The position numbers and the translations under genes are program-made. A stretch of DNA of 64,000 nucleotides from Daphnia carinata (Eukaryota): the NCBI RefSeq assembly GCF_022539665.2, contig NC_081332.1:62001-126000 (forward strand), in the 5' to 3' direction. How positions within the stretch are numbered: the first letter of the stretch is position 1; each line of letters starts with the position of its first letter. Below are positions 14,017 through 27,900 of the stretch, one piece after another. The notes beneath the pieces were generated by a model. That model had not been told where the DNA came from, did no database searches, and saw only the letters and a program-made list of their open reading frames with translations.

Positions 14017-16206
14017 GAATGGACGTTTTCAGTTGTTAGATCCGAAACCGCGTCCTTCCATTCTAAACGGATCGGTACTGGAACTGTTTTTTTCTCTGTC
14101 CACGGTTCCGGAAAGTCTCGGTTCGTCAGATCCGTTGGCACCCTTACTTAAGCGGATCCGTTCTCGCAGACTGTAGCAACCGTGTTTCTTTGACTCTGCC
14201 AAGCATTAAGATCGAAGATAGGGTCGTTCCAAATGCAATCAGCGCGCTTTTTTTTTGCGAATCGGGGTTGGCATTTCAGGGCTCCGGGGCGGGGCTTTCG
14301 GGGTTCAGGTTGTTCAATACGTCGCCGCTCTGATCCCAATAGGGTTTTAACTGGGGCCGGTAAACGGGGATCCAACACTGATCGCAATCACTCGAATGAT
14401 GCAATGACACAATCGAGTGCGTATCGCCTGTTACGATGATATTGCCGATGGCTTTTCCGTAGATGATCACCAATTGTTATGAAACAATTCTCAGTTGCTT
14501 ATGCAATTGCAGCTCGCGAGTGATTCCTCCAACATTGTGGGCACAACTATAAAAAATAACGCAGCTAAAAGGAAACTGATACCTCGGTTAATACGGCTAA
14601 TAACCTCAAAGAAAATTTAAAATACAAAATTTTTGAACAAATTTTTTTCTTTGCAATAAAAAAAGAAAAATTTTCTACCGTCAAAGGGGCATTTCATTAA
14701 CGATGCAAAATTAAGTTAAGGTCTGAACAGTGGAAGTGTGGTAAGATACTTAGTCTATTAGCCGAATTGAGCTGTGATACTTTAATTCCACTTCATTTCA
14801 AATTTCATTAACCTTAGATAGGTCTACGTTGAATCGGACAATGCCATCTAGAACATACACTTAAGAATATAGAAATTATTATTCTTTATTGTTTCAAGAG
14901 TACTATATTTATTTGCAGTATTTTCCCAGGAATCTGTGAACATCAATGTGTCATTTTGCTCCCATGATTTTGAAATAGAGGAAAAAAGCCAGTATGGTAA
15001 GTTACCAAACGCGAAGTTTCAATCAGCTGAAACTGGTGAGAGCAGATAATGACGGTCAAGCATTCTCATAGACTATTAAGATAAACATTTGTACTTACTT
15101 CAATTGTTTTCTACCCCAATAAATGCTTAGGTTATTGGAAAAACAGTCAAGTCTAGCTTGCTGGATAAAGGCACCTTGTCACAGCATGAGCAGTTTCAAA
15201 CCAAAATGGCAATACGTATCTTAAGCGCTGGATGAGACAAAAAGTGTTCCATTTCTTTTTATTCCGGTTGTATCTGTCTCAAAACCAACTGCTAATGTAA
15301 ATGCAAGATTTCCACGTTATGCGAGTACGAGGAAAAGAAATTTTAAATAAAAAAGAGCTATATACGAATTGCACGAGTAATCGAGCAAGAAAAGGAAAAT
15401 CACCGTCGGAGGAAAAGAAGGCAAGAAACGTAGTCCAGCTGTACACATGCGCCTTCAGCTTATCTCGCGTGCCTCGCGTGGGAACGTAAAAGAGTAAGTG
15501 TTATTGTGATTTCCAAGTTGGCCAAAGACCACAGTAAGATATGCTCGTGGTTATTGTCACTATCATCGGTCTAGTATTAATAGGAATAGTTCGACAGTTT
15601 TCAACGTCCGGAGAAAATATTTTAAAGTCAGTTCAAAAAAGATAAAGAGCAACGTAATTGCAGGAAGTAATTGTTAAGAAATAATTTGAAGGTAAGCACA
15701 GTAGTTTTTTAAGTAGTTAAGTAAGTAGTAGTAGTAAGTTTTAAGCAGTAGTTGCTTTTAATGGGACGTATGGCCTGGTTTAAGGCAGATTTCAGCACTA
15801 ACGAATAGAGAACAATAGATAAGAAATACTCGATTTTCCGTTTAAGAGAGCAATAATTATAATAAAATCTAAGAACTGAAGGGGATGATTACGTTTTTTA
15901 AATATTTTTATTATTCCAATCAATCGCAGTGTTGGAACTTGTCGTTAAAGGAGTTTTTGTTTTTGCCTAAGGTAATGCGTATGCCTATTTGTTGTGGCAA
16001 ATATCGTCCATCCGCCAATGGGTTTGTTTCTTAAACTACGGTTTAAGCGACGTCACATTAAAAAGAAAAGTCTGCTTGCTTTATCGACAATGGATTGTTT
16101 TAGAAAAAAACGACAATAGAACAATTTTTTCTTTAAACTAATTGGTTGCTTGCTTTCGGGTTGACTCCCCCATCAGCCAGATTGTTATCCAACGGGGCAC
16201 GGAGGC

Positions 16207-16237
<31 letters not shown>

Positions 16238-18387
16238 CTGTCCGTAACAGCTCGCCTCAACCCAAAAACCGAAATGATCCAAGAGATGAAAAAAAAACGC
16301 CCCAATCACGCGGAACCAAGCCCTTATGGAGACTAAGAAAGCAGACAAGGAAATTTGTGTGTCTGATAGCAAGTGACGAGATAATAAAAAAAAAGCGACA
16401 ATGCTACGCGGCCCATCATAAAATTAGTTGCCTTGCTGTCTGCTGCGTTTTCTGATACCTTAACCTGATATCAGCTATAACACGGACGAATAAGCTAAAA
16501 CGCGAAAATTTCAAAAACTCAAAGCTACGAATGGTTTATAGCCTCGTTTTTACTTGTAAAATGAACTACAATACTACAATACTTCAAATCGCAAATTGAA
16601 TTTCACTCACCAACGCAACCGTTTATCATTAGGCGATTTCGTAGTTGTGCCCATCAATTTTACACCACTTGTTTTAATTAACTTTTTTTTTTCATTTGCA
16701 AAGTGTTTTAGATGACTAGCCAACTATTAAGAACGAATGCTAACTGAACAATGGTCCTTTCTCACCACGCCGTACATAACTGCATTAGGCAAGTTAAGTA
16801 CGTTTACCAACCTTTCTTTATCGCCCTCGTCATCGAAGCTCCCGTTATCTACGAACAAACAAAATGACGATATCTCAGTATCTGAGATATGAATTTTGTT
16901 GAAATTTTTTACTAAAAATTTATTCTGCAATATTTTGAGATTCTAGATTTCCAGGTACTAACTAATTATTATTGAACTAATTTTTTAAATTCTATAGTTA
17001 GCTTCAGCATAAAGTCACTAATAAAGTAAAACGGTTACTAGTATAAAGACTTAATTTTTGTAATGTCATATCTTACATGTACAACCATACATCATAATTG
17101 TTATTAATGGCAGTAACTGAATTTTGCTAATTCATTGGTCTAAACAACGTTGTAAAAAAAAATTACAACAAAAGATGTTGCAGACGATAGTTATGAGCCT
17201 GCTACCAGAAAAATGTGTCAAAGTAGCAATTTTTAAAGCAGTATTTCGCTGAATCCTGCAACGGCTAGAACCATGTTGCCAGATGCAGGAAAAGGGACAT
17301 GCACACGGGAAGGGAGCAGTTGAAACAAGATGTTCCATTTGCCCCTAGCGTGGGTCTTCAGGGAATTCAATTGTTTTTAGGGTATAAAAAGGAGCTAAGT
17401 ACAAAGTAACGTAATTAGCTTATAGAAAAATGAATCAGGTATAATACAAGACCCTTCTTTATTATTTCCTCCATCGTTTATGGCATGTAATGAAAAGGTT
17501 GTCTGAACAAAAACTAGAAATGTACAGTAAAAAAAAAAAACTTTTCGGGATAACTCGAAAACTTTTAGAGTAAAGCCTCAATTTTTATTAATATAAACAA
17601 CCCTTATTCCTGTTACCCAAATATTTTAAACGAAATCCCTTTCATACTTTGAAAGGTAGAATTTCTTTTTTCAATTGTCACCTGTTAAATTTACACCCGC
17701 CCTCCCCCTTCGTAACTCTACAATTAGGCCTAGCTCATCACAAATCCACTGCACATTTGTTGTAACTTTGTTTGTCTATGAAGCGATTTCTCCGAGAGGT
17801 GGGAAGGTCAAACGAAAAAAATATCTGAAACGACTACTAATAAATGATACATTATCTACGATTCCGTCATGGCGAAGTAAAATGGTTTGCCAATTTTACC
17901 TCGATCATATTTCGTGCTGGGTCGTGCAACTCACAAGCATTAAGTCTGCTTTTCAATTAACCTATGAATTCCACTACGAACAGCCAACAGATCCCTGCAA
18001 TTCGGTTGGTGAGAAAAACAAACGCGACTATATCTTCCATATTTTTGCAAACCGTTGGCTAAATCATTTGCGGTATAGATAATTAACAGACGCATTGGCA
18101 TAATCATTTATAAAAGGCATTTCTCAGATTTGAAAAAATTTCTTTATGCCGTCACCGTATTTTTATGCTACCGGCCTACCGCACAGTATTTTTTCTGCAT
18201 TCGCCTACCTGGTGATTTGTAGTCTACTGCTGTTGTCAAAAGAAGTGAAACACACACGTCGACGAATAAAATGTTGTTTGACGCGATCACTGTCCTGGGG
18301 TTGGGCAAAGCTCAAAGCCAAGGCATCTGTTTTTTTTTTGTTTCACAAACCGATCGTTGCTAGAGACATTTTGATGAATATGTTCTT

Positions 18388-19210
18388 TTAATTTAGATTC
18401 ACTTGCTTATGTAGCAGAGCCAGTAATAATAACAGCGCCATAACTAATAGCTGTTGAATGGCCAAGGTGCTAGTCGACCTGTTTGTAGCCCCTATTTGGA
18501 TTGTAATATTTTTAATCCAAGAGGCAAGAAAGGTGACGCGCGTGAAATCGTTGGCATAGCCACTGTCACAGCCTTGATTGGAACAGAACGAAACGATTCC
18601 TATTTGCTTCCAAGTGCCGTCTGCCTGTCTGAAATGCATTGGTCCTCCCCTGTCACTCTATAAATAGAAATGTGCAATTCATACTTCATCATATTTTATT
18701 AACAGATTAAGGTAATACGTGGTAAGACCTTTGATGGTCTTCTCCACTCTGCAAATCATTTCGTCTGTTATCACGCTGCCGTATTGCTCTAAACATTTCT
18801 CGTTTGTGATCACTTTCACGATCGTTTTACGAAGGACTGAACTTACTCCATCACTTTCTATGCACACATTCTGTTAATGGTAAAAACAAAAAAATGAGTT
18901 TAAGTTTCGAAAAAATATAATTTCGTTTCCATTGCATTACTTGTAAGGCCCCATCTAGTTAGTAGGACAGTGTCGTTTACATAGTTAACTGTCGGTTCGG
19001 ATGGGCTATCCAGACATAGGGGTTGAATGTATCCTGAATCTGGAAATACTCGAGACATTCAACGCGATAAAAATTATAATTTTGCAACTACCTGAGAAGG
19101 AAATGGTGGCCAGAAATCCGGGCAAGTGCAATGTCAGCGTGTAGAGTCTCAGAATCCCAATTAGCATGAATAGCGTATTCACGACTGGTATATCGTTCTT
19201 AATGCACTTC
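18388..19210 (-). pseudogene. Trypsin/chymotrypsin-like serine protease remnant (3' exons)
   Basis: Minus-strand exons encode YAIHANWDSETLHADIAL (catalytic Asp motif, followed by a frameshift), YIQPLCL...RWG, VITNEKCLEQYGSVITDEMIC, and SDRGGP...WKQIGIVSF..GC....FTRV. The GDSGGP serine is lost. Hydrophobic C-terminal tail. Confidence 0.75.
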
Positions 19211-20439
19211 GCCTTCGTCTTCGAGATCACGGGCTCCCAGTGTAATGTGAATCAAGTTGGTACTATTTGGAATCGCGACTTACATTCAAGGCCCGATTTC
19301 AGTCATCTATTTTGGTTTGGATTAGCTGCATCAAATTTCATCCATCTTTAGAGCCAACTGGTAACTTTACATCGATTAGGCGCTGGAATATGAAGTTCTG
19401 TTCCTATTACCTGTAGTACTCTACTACTCTACCACTGAACAATTGTTAAACGTATTACCCTAGAATTCCACATGCTTTAGTTTAGGAAACTACCATGGCA
19501 CGGGCTTTTAATCTTCGTCCCTGTTGCAAGGACAATCGATGTCTTCATCGTTACCTTAACGCTTGGGTGCTGTAAATAAGCTTGTACCGTGCACATCTAC
19601 GGACGTGGCCATGTACGATACGTATGAAGACGTTTGCATGGTTGGCAGCAGCTTGTCAAGGTCCCCCGTACTTAACTTCTATTGAAAGCATTTCGTAAAA
19701 TGAATTTAGATTGCACCATTGTTCAAAAACTATGCGTTTATATCTGTGTACAGGGCAATACTATTTGATTTACGTTTCCAGTTTCATGTTCTATAACTGA
19801 GTATTTAATAACAATAATTTGTAGCGGTAATTCTTGGCAACTGCGACACAGAAAAATACCGGAGGAACGCTGAATAAAAATCAATTAAAGAAAGAAAGCG
19901 GAACAAACGGTGACGTGTGAGCCTATTGATTTCTGCATGTTAAGTTCACGAGTTTACGTGAATTGCAGTTAGAAACTTCCTTAAATTCATGTCCTTAAAA
20001 CGAAAGATTGCACTTTAGTGACGCGCTATGTTTAGTTTTTGGCGTGACGGAAGTCACCACTTTATGATAAGTCGAAAGACTATAGGTCGTTGAGTTTCAT
20101 CGTCAAACGTGGCCATTCCCAAACGAAACCAGAGAACAAATTCGGATAGCCAGTTACGTATTCCTTCTCCAAAGATACGTGTAGTAATAGGTAATGACTG
20201 AAAAATTATCACACATGTAAAACTTTTTTTTAAAATGAAATGTCCTAAATAGAAATTTACTGTAGTTATAATGGGTGTATTGCTACATCGTTCCCGGAAG
20301 AAAACAAAAACTAAATAATGTTAAGGAAATCCCAGGTGAAAACCTCACAGCCTTTCGACATTCTTAAGCTAAGACGTATTGGTTCAATTTTTTCAATTTA
20401 TAGCAGACCTAGGCTAATGCTCAAACCAAGATCGAGGCA

Positions 20440-21394
20440 CAAGTTCAGAAGCGATCCATCGCTAGAAACACATTTGTTCTTGGGGACGTGCCCACAAGTG
20501 GCGCCCGAGCTTCAGGGTGCGGGAACCGACCACTCACTACCCTTACCGGGGGCTTTATGCAGCGTGCAGGTGCCTCCGCTCTTAAGAGGTTCGTGAGTGA
20601 AATGGGTGCAATGGGAATTACGAGCGCAGATTTTGCTACAGGAAACGGGATCCAAAATGTTGATGATAATGACAAGTTTCAATTCAATGAAAATGCAGCT
20701 GTTGAGAGAAATTGCCGAAGAGTCTACGGGCAAGCTAATGGCTGAACTTGCCTGTCGGACGCCAGTGGTAGGACTCTTAATAAATAAATTGATTTTATCA
20801 GGTTGCTCTTGCTAAATATTGAACCTGAATACCTGAACAGATGCCAATTCCGTTAGAAGAGTAGGTCAAGCAATAATTGGCACACTGTTTGAAGTTGATG
20901 TTTCCTGTTTGACATCGGTAGAAGGAACTTGTCTGCGCATACGAGAATCGATACGGTAATTGGTTGAAGACTGTAGGGGAACCCAGTCGGCAAAGCGCTC
21001 GACGATGGTCGGATCCAGTTGGCTGAAGTAACGGCTACCACCAGCAACATCAAGGTAACGATTTTTTTCTATTTTAACAAAATTTAAATTAGGCTACAAA
21101 AAATAGCAATAACTGTAACCAGAGGCGACGTCGCAGCAGTAAGAAACAAAAACATTTTTTATGTATTGCTTTACCTGTATGTTGATAATTGGTTAAAAAC
21201 CTGTGTCTGCTGCAAAGGTCGACGATGAGTTTGAGTTTCGTAAAACTTGCGTTTACTTTTATACCATAGACAGCTGCATGACATTTGATCGACGCAATCG
21301 TTACACATACCCAATCGTCTGTTGCAAGATGCTGGCATTGTCCAAACACTTGCGATTGGCAGCCTCCTCTCCAATGAGGTCACACACCAAATAG
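20440..21394 (+). pseudogene. Degenerate multi-exon gene of unknown product
   Basis: GC-richer blocks are bounded by plausible GT/AG sites (gtagga ~20768, cag ~20840, gtaacg ~21055, tag ~21092, gtaag ~21139) but contain in-frame stops and frameshifts. No recognised motif. Confidence 0.3.
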
Positions 21395-21973
21395 TATACA
21401 AATCTTGGTTTAGTTACGGTTACGATGCATTTCAAGCATTTTACAAACCCGTTTTGACGTTCATTAACAGATAACTGCAACTGAACATGTTTCCTAAAGC
21501 TATTGATCGTTATTGCCACAACAGTACGAGGCCACATAAAAAAACCAGAAAGAAATTCAAAAATAATAATACAAAAATTATTTACTAAATTTTGTAAGCT
21601 TAATTTATTAATTTTTTCATTTCCAGAGAAACATTATTATAGTCTTAGCGGAAGCCAATTGGTCGTAAAACAAATAGTTTCCAAAATGCTTTCTCCATGA
21701 ACACAACATCAGATCTCTCCTGTAAACAAAATTGAAAGATATTGCAATAATTCACAAGAATAAAATATGTGTAATGCAGTTCATTTCAAAGACTATTACG
21801 GCACCACAGGCAAGACTTTTCCACACGTCGCAAACGACGGTTTGATACAGCGGTAAGTTGTACGTCTCCCAAACGAAGTTGCGATCTGTTAATAAAAATT
21901 TATTCATTTACATATTCACCGTCTAAGCTGCAGCCAAATTTTGTAGTAAAATAAAATATAAAGTAGCCCTTGC

Positions 21974-24900
21974 CTAGTGGATTAGATCGTCAGCTTCTTC
22001 ACAAGTTTTCATCGGCATATTTTTAAGCTCAAATAACGCGTTGACAATCTTGTACTGTTCCGTTTCGCCAAGTTTGTCTCGTACTCGCCCTTGGTGAAAG
22101 CCGTCCATGTGGAATCGGACAGCAGGTCTGTAGCTTTGGCTATCAGATTTGTTTGATTTTAATAGCTTCCAGAGAGACTTCCCCTCTTCTACGAAATTCA
22201 TTTTTCCTGTTGCACTTTGAATTCTCTGATGAACATAACCAGATATGCCGATTTGGTGCTTGGATAACGAGCACGACAATACGTAGATAATGTCAGAGAG
22301 ACCGCCCATCAAAAGCAAATCTTTTGCGACATTGAACGGCAAAATTTTACTGAAGATGGTTAAGACAGCCCCAGCACTAATTGAAACAGCTCCGCCAATG
22401 ATAATGAATGGTACAAATAGGGATGTCAAGACCATCTGTTTTCTAGATGTTTGGTGATCCTTCATGTACATTACATGATCAAATCCCATCAAACGAAAAA
22501 GATCCAACTCGCGTTCGACAGTGTTGGCTTTTACCTTGCGGATATCACTGTCGATGAAGTCAAGCGCGGTGTCTTGTTTTACTAACCACGTAGCTTCGTA
22601 AATTGCTTGTCGGCTTTTCAAAAAATCCAAAATACATTGACGTTCATGGTCGTTATTGGTGATTTCATGCACTTTTCTTTCGAGGACACGTTCGTCCATT
22701 TCCTTTAGTCGGACCCCAGAAATGACATAGGCAGCAATCAAGTCATCCAGCATATCTCGATAAGGTGTCAAAGGCAACAAGTTGATTACTTCGAGACGAT
22801 TCGCATTGTCTTCACTCTTCAGCCAATGTCGTCTAACTATTTCGGCACGCAACTTGGTCGCCACTAGACGCATCACAGTGTCTTCGTACGCAGGACAGTT
22901 TGGATATTTAAAACTTTGACCATCGTAATTAGGTGAGAGATTGCCAGCGTCGTCGATAATATTTTGATTTTGCAGTTCGCCCATAATTGCTTTGCGTTCC
23001 GCTTGACTAATATCGGCCTTACGTAAATCGTCGTCTTTTAACTGGCCAAACAGCTTCAAGTTGACTGATTTGAGTTTCGCAACATCAATTTTGGCCATCT
23101 TGTTGAATCTAAATTTATCTCCGCTACGGTTGTACTCTCGGTTGCCATAAAGCTTGTCTTCGACGTAATTCTGCGAAAAAATGATTCTCTTTTCTTCTCC
23201 AGGTTTGTTGTACTCAATAGGATCATACAGGATGTATTCCTTGGCTATTGAATCTAATTCTTTGGCCTCGTCGCGATCTAGATTGAACCTGTCGACGATG
23301 CTGTTTTCCACGGCGACGAAATTTTCGTTATCGAACAATGCTCCGCTTTTAATCAGCTCCGCCCAGAACGATTCTCTCGTACAGGGAATCAAATTCTCTT
23401 CTTCAAACTTTCTTTTTAACTGGTTTTCAAATTCTTTTTCAATGTTCTCTTTACTTAGTTCCTTTTTCACCGCCTGCTTGATAGCTTTTTCTAAGGTCGA
23501 CGCGCAGACACCGTAAGCGTTTGCTACCCGAACAATGGCCGTTTTCCAATTGGATTCTTCAATTTGCTCGACGGAAGAGTTCCATCTCGGTACGGTGCTG
23601 GCATTGTTCAGCTGATGGCCAATGCACATGGACTCGCCATCCAATAACAGATCGAAATATTCTGCCACCTTTTCGATCGGAATAGTAAAATTCTTCAGTT
23701 CCTCATTTTTATCGTCTTTTTTCTGGAAAAATTTCGAGCTTTTATGAATTTCCCGTTCAATCCACTTTTCAAAGTTATTGAGATTTTTTTCCAAAAGATT
23801 CTTAACTTTTTCGGGCAGACGTCCTGCTGCTTCAAAGTCTTCAATGGAGCAATCGGTTCCCAACAAGGATCGAACTGAGCCAAGGAAATATTGAAACAGG
23901 TTAACAATGTTATCTTTTTGCTGCGTATAGCCATCAACAGCACAAAACGAATCAGGCCGATTAGTTTTCCTTTCTGTCGCACGGACGACCGAAAAATTCG
24001 ATATTTGCATATTGATTTGCTCACTTAATACATTTTCACATGTACGCAATATTTTGATGAATTCATCTTTATTTGTTCCAAAATCTTCCTTTAGAAAAAT
24101 GAATGCGCGGTAGTAGTAGGCAGCGGGATAAAATTGGTTGTCTTTTGATTGGATGAGGTGTTCCAAAATATTGGCTGCAGTCGAAAGCTTCGATTTCTTG
24201 TTACCAGTGGCCAAATGTTTGGCAACGACAACTAAACGAGCTGGTGTCATCCAATCAGCTTGACTGTTACAAGGAAAGTTGTGCTCAGGAATTTCTAATT
24301 TTGGAATCAATTTCGTTGAGTACAAGTATTTTTTCACGTCGAATGGGAAATCATCCATTTCGTCCAGCCACAAAGCCCATTGATCCAATACACTTCCACA
24401 GATGGCACGTACTTCCTGATCACTGTATTTTTCCTCACATAGTTGTTTCCTTAGGGTAGTATAATATTTTGAGAAAATATCGAATAATTTCACTTGATCT
24501 CTTGTGGCTTCAAAATCTTTTTCCAACCGAGCAATGCGTTGTTTCTCTTGATCATCGCGTGTTTCCTCCATGGCGGAAATTGTTGCCCAATCTTGGGTAT
24601 CGTTTTTGTCAGGCGTCTTCTGTTCGTGTGAAATTGGTTTACATAAGAGAATTCCACTTCCGGGTGCCCCATTGCGAGCTGCCCGGCCCATCACTTGTTC
24701 CTCGATTCGTTCACTTTCAGGAAAAAAAGTTAGGCACACATGCAATCCTCCATTGTCGCACAGTTGTTGGCTGATTTTCACATCGGTTCCTCGCCCGGCC
24801 AAGTTGGTAGCTACGATAACATGCCCAATGTTCAGCTCACTGCTTTCAAATGCGAATTTCTCGTAATCGCGTGTGTACCGATGGAGACGATGGTTTACAC

Positions 24901-27900
24901 TTAGCCCAGGATTGGAACTCTCTATACGTTGATGAACGACATTGGCAACTTTGATGGACTTGCAAAAAAGGATGATCGAACGTCCTGCCTCGATAATAGT
25001 CTTGGTCTCCATGACAATGGCATTTAGCCATTCTACTTCTGTTGACAGGATTTGGGGATCTTTTTTCTGAAATAGCTTAGGGAAAGCCCTAGGAATGGGG
25101 CATAACTGACACTTAAATGTATCCTGTAGAAAAATCTGTTCTTGTTCGGACCCTAGCGTCCCTGATACACCCAATACCCCATAGTATTTTAACAAATATA
25201 CGGCATTTGAGATGTAAACCGCTTTGAGACTTTGCAGCGTCAATTTACACCCTTCCTTAAGCTGAAGAAACTGATGAAGGGCTCCGTCCCATTGCGATAA
25301 AGTTTGATCAGTTCCAGTGTCGGGATCGATTATAATCACTTGCGGATTGAGATCCGGGCTACTGTCTGTGCGGTCTTGATCAATGACGTAGTGCTCGTCA
25401 CGTCTTAGATCCAAAGCCTGAAAGGCGCTATTCAACCAAGTGTCAAGGTTTCGATCAACAAAGGTAAGTAGATGAGAAGGTATTCGGATACGACGCTGGC
25501 GATTAGCTACTTTGCGGAAATAGAAAACCAATTTCGCGTTTAAATCCTTCCCTTGGATTTGAATTGGGATGCAATTAACCTTCTCGTTTGTAATTTGGCT
25601 GGCGTCAGTTATGAGTAGATGTCCTTGTAAGTTAATCACTTCTTTCTTAATTAGATGATTCCATAGTGCATCTTTTTCCGATTCGTCCAATGGCGCGTGG
25701 ACATACTTCAGATCTTCTTTAGTTGTAACACCGTACAAATCGAACAAGACATCAGATTTAATTAATTTCTTCACCTGTTCTTTCGATTTTTTTTTGTTAA
25801 CAGATGGGTTGCGCACTTTTTCCCAAATAAAAACGTACAAAGATTCCAAAGTTTCCATGCCAGGAATCTCGTGCGACAAATAGAGGGTGTTGTTTCCTTG
25901 GTCAAGCAATAGACAATCCACCTCGTCAATAATGGCGAATAACAATTGTTTGCTGTAATAAATATTACGGCTGTAGAATTTTGTCAATAAATAATCACGC
26001 TGGAAATGGGCTAACTGTCCGTACACTACGTTAGCAGTATAACTTGCTTTGCGTTCATCTTCCGATTCACTACAGTTGTTTGCCACTGGTACGCTGAAAT
26101 ATTCATAGAGATCCTTCAATCCTCCTTCAGCTACCGAAAGATTTGAATCTCGAAGTGCTAATAAATCGTTACTGGTAATGACGTCGATTCGTTGGTTCGA
26201 TATCTTACCGCCGTAGTAATAACCGTGAACAAGAGCAATTGCCACTGCAGCCACAATGAACGACTTGCCCTCGCCGGTAAATACCTGAGCTAATCTTCTC
26301 TCAACATTTACCATAGAATTAGGGAACAACATCAGTATGGCCAGAATCTGGGTGTTGCGAAGGCGGAAGTTATTGTCTACCGGTTTACGAAGTTGCTGCA
26401 CGGCGCACTCAAAGTCGTACAAAAACACGGCCAACGATTTGAGATCATCTTCTTTGATTGCATCGACTTTAATTTTTTTTTTCCATTTCTTTCTTATATT
26501 TTCTTTTTCTCCTTCTTTCCTTTGATAATTGATGTAACTCAAGATGAATATTATTCGATCTTCGCGGCTTTCAATTTTTTTTCGGGATTTTGATTTCATT
26601 TCGTCTGACATCTGTTTCCAGGTGTCTGGAATGCATCGATTTGAATTGTCGTTCAGGAAACTTTCAAGCATTTGTCGGTTATCCTTATTGGCTTTGCTAA
26701 GTGTTCGATGTTTGCTAAATGCTTCCTGAGATACGCTTGAATCACCGGCTGAGATGCACTTGATGACAGGCGCTGGCTTAGTGCACCCTATCTTCTCTTG
26801 ATTGAGTTGCTCGTAGACTAAATCACTGAATTGTGCCTCATTATTTTGAATTTCCTCCATCAATTCGTCGACATTTTGCGATTCGTTGTCTTCCAACGCA
26901 GTACTGGACAAAAAAAATTTCCAAAGCGATTCTTTCATTTGCTTCCATTCATTTACCTTTGAAAAATGACGGTTGAGGCTATGACGAATGACGCCATTTT
27001 TCTTCGTTGGTGTGACCAATGGGTGATATCCGCCTATATCAGTTATATCCATCTGCTTCTCAGATGGTGGTATAATTGTTGCATAACGTCGGTTTCCCAA
27101 CTCATCACTAGTCTTTACGTATAAAGCAACCTTATCTTTTTGTAATTCTTCTTTCTTGGAGTAGTATTGGATTTCTAGTTTTTGGTCGTTTTCAAATCCT
27201 ATGTAATTTCCTTGCTGAGCCTTGTCCCCATTGTAGATGAAACCTACATCGCCATTTGCTTGCCCCGTTTTGCCGTCTGAAACAGACGCCTTATAAACAA
27301 CACCACCTGCGCCCATTGCTTGATACACTTCCATGCCAACAGAAGGGATGCCACGTCCTTTATCAGACAATTCCAAGATTATGTCCCCGCCATAGCCACC
27401 TTGTCCAAAATGGTTACCTGTAAGGAATCAAAATGACAAGCGCATAAAAGAAAATTTAAATATGATTCTGAAATATTTTTCGGGGTAGAATTTCTTGGGG
27501 TAGAATGTGTAGTTGTGTACCTTGACAGAGTATGAGCGTGTGCCGTATTCCTGTTTTGCTTTCATACAACGAAAACTGGATTTCGCTGCCATCTCCAAGC
27601 GTGCCTGACCTTGCAGTAGGTTCGTTTGATCCGTCTCCTTTTATTTCTACGTGACTTGTGCGCATGTAGTCATAGTCTTCAAACAGTCTATCCTCTAGAC
27701 TCTTACAGAGATCTTTTATTGCCGGTGGCTTGAAAACTTGCTTACCCTCTATTTTTGTATTTTCATTCGCATCAAGTGGAAGTATGGGACTAAAAATTTC
27801 TTGAAGTTCTTCCACCGACCACTTGAGACCAGAACTTCCGTTCCCTCCATTGGATGCGATCGTCCATTGCTCAGCTCCGATAACTTGGTTGCACTTAATA

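Larger units (their letters stand above)
3483..16020 (+). repeat. Segmental duplication, copy 1 (SecA-like gene plus upstream region)
   Basis: Aligns by eye with 21774-34565 and then 43533-44510 (e.g. ggcaaatatcgtccatccgccaa at ~15996 and ~44489). Confidence 0.85.
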
